A DNA stretch of 64,000 bases from Squalus acanthias (Eukaryota): positions 131,008,001-131,072,000 of the forward strand of contig CM059431.1 of NCBI GenBank assembly GCA_030390025.1, given 5' to 3'. Under the pieces are notes generated by a model. The model had not been told where the DNA came from and made no database searches. It worked only from the letters and a program-made list of their open reading frames with translations. The position numbers were made by a program, and so were the translations under genes. Shown here piece after piece: positions 61,954 through 64,000 of the stretch. The first letter of the stretch is position 1. Each line of letters begins with the position of its first letter.

Positions 61954-64000
61954 CTGGAGCCAGCGCAGCCTGTCTACCTGTGTCCCCTGGAGTACGATGC
62001 ATGGAAGAGACCACTCGTTAGGATGGAGGTGGAGAAGGTGAAAGGGACTTATCTGTTAGATACTGGAGCTTCCAGCACCATAGTCTATTCAGCCAACCCC
62101 GCCGCCTCACCTCTGTCTAACTGGGGTCCCGTACAGCTTAGTGGGGTTTACAGGTAACGAGCAGACTGGCTCATTCTCCATCCCGCTGTCCATTCATTTA
62201 GGAACACTCCACACCAAGTGGACCTGTGTCCTGATGAAATGGGAGTGGGAAGGGACGGGGATCCTGGGGGCCGACTTTATCACAGGCCACAGGATTCTAG
62301 TGGATCTTAGGAACCACTGTCTGTGGGGAGCATGTACTGGCAGAGAAAGTGAAGTGGCAGTCATCCCAGGGAAACAGGGCAAGGGGACCTTGTGCACCCG
62401 AAAACCAAAGGAAGGTTACAACCTCGAAGAAATGGTCGGTAACACTCCGATGGCCTACCAGGCATTTGTGCGAGCACACCTCGCAGCATTTGCCACTCAC
62501 AAGCACGACTGTGGGAGGGTAAACGGGGTCGAGGTTAGTGTCAGCGGGGGCCCCATGACCTGACCACAGAAGCAATACAATTTCCCCAGGGAGGCGGAAG
62601 CAGACATAGAAAAGGCTATGGCTTCTTTAGTAACACAGGGGGTATTGAGACCGATAGTCACCCACGTAAACTCTCCACTGTGGCCGGTTAGAAAACCGGA
62701 CAACTCCTGGAGGGCCACAGTGGACTATCGGGTACTCAACCGCAACATCCCCGCCTGTGCACCCACGGTAGCAGCCGTCGCCGACCTCATCGGAAGTATC
62801 CCAGCATCTGCGACCACTTTCACAGTGCTGGACATTTCCAACGGGTTTTGGTCCATCCTTTTACGAAGAGAGGACCAGTACAAGTTCGCCTTCACTTTTA
62901 AAGGCCAACAGTACACCTGGAACTGCCTACCTCAGGGCTTCCACAACAGCCCGAGCATTTTTCACCAATGCATGGTGAATTGTTTGAAGGGCTTCAGCCA
63001 GCCCCGGCAGTTGGTACAGTATGTGGATGACCTACTCCTGTTCACCGATGAGGGAGAGGAACACGGTCCACTACTGGCTGAACTGCTGGAGCTGCTCCCG
63101 CAAGAAGGCTTCAAAGTGAACCCAAAGAAGGTACAGATCGGCCAACAGGAAGTAAAATTCCTAGGGCTAACTGTGCGCGCTGGGGAAAGGGCCATCGACA
63201 AAGCTAGGAGGGAAGCAGTGCAGGAGTTACCAGCCCCCAACACAGTCACAGGAGTGAGATCCTTTCTAGGGCTAACCGGGTACTGCAGAGATTTCATTGA
63301 GGATTACGCAGCCACCGCAGCCGCTCTGCTCCGACTCCTACATAAGGGTGTAGAGTGGGCCTGGGACGAGAGTTGCGAGGCAGCATTTCCCAAGTTAAAA
63401 AAAGATCTGCAGACCGCGCCGGCTCCAGGAGCCATTGATGGGGAGAGGGAGTTTTTCCCGGAGGTGGCAGCCAGTGGGGACAGTCTGAGTGCCGTGCTGC
63501 TCCAAGACAGGCATGACCGGCTGAGACCGGTGGTTTACTCCTCCAGGATACTCACCGATGTGGAGAAGGGCTATTCCAACTGTGAGAGGCACCTCCTTGC
63601 CACTCACTGGGCTGTGAAAAGATTATTGATCTTCACAGGCACGTCTCCCATCACCCTCCTCACCCATCACACGCTCACCCAGATGCTCCTAGATGGGAGA
63701 ATCAAAGACGGGACAGTGAGCAGTGCCCGTATTGGTCGCTTGAACCCTGCTTCTCTCCCAGATGGACCTAAGGGTGAAAGGTCTCTGCGAGCCGAAGCTC
63801 GCAGCCAACATGATCTACCCAGGGACTGCCCACTGCTGTTCCATTGAAGGGGTATGGGAAGTCAACATAGGTTTTCGGGCCGGGATACACCCCACAGGCC
63901 GCAAAATCTATGTGGACGGTTCGAGCACAGTATCTGCTGGCGAGCGACTCACCGGGTGTGGAGTTTATGACCAGGAGGCAGTCATTGCCCTGGCAATCAA
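61954..64000 (+). pseudogene. pol: pol: protease, RT, degenerate RNase H (tether) and start of a second RNase H; runs off the window
   Basis: YLLDTGAS; NSPLWPVRK, LDISNGFW, LPQGFHNSP, YVDD; tether EVAAS...RPVVYSSR...CERHLLA; then KIYVDGSS at ~63903. Frameshifts near 62125 and 63740, stop at 62561. Confidence 0.92.

Noticed and set aside
58686..64000. Ordinary Ty3/Gypsy call
   Set aside because: The degenerate first RNase H, second VDGS RNase H and LPQG signature fit retrovirus-like elements better. A phylogeny is still needed.

Overview
Vertebrate genomic DNA made almost entirely of nested transposable elements. The CR1, Deu-SINE, V-SINE and Penelope families suggest a cartilaginous fish (inference). 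No host gene is confidently identifiable. Contents: many CR1 LINE pieces (some with esterase ORF1); RTE, L2 and CR1-group LINE fragments; SINEs; a Penelope-like element with hammerhead ribozymes in both polarities; one near-intact two-gene PIF/Harbinger transposon (11102-15481), three decayed ones, one remnant and about ten MITE copies; two copies of a ~1.45 kb LTR; a DIRS remnant; and the 5' part of a retrovirus-like provirus with stop-codon-separated gag/pol and two RNase H domains (58686-end). Most striking structure: one four-level nested insertion (CR1 > LTR > MITE > provirus) is split into two halves about 52 kb apart in opposite orientation, with matching target-site duplications (TSDs). 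This implies an inversion of at least 57 kb (or an inverted duplication) with a breakpoint near 6594. All alignments were done by eye, and boundaries without a TSD are approximate.
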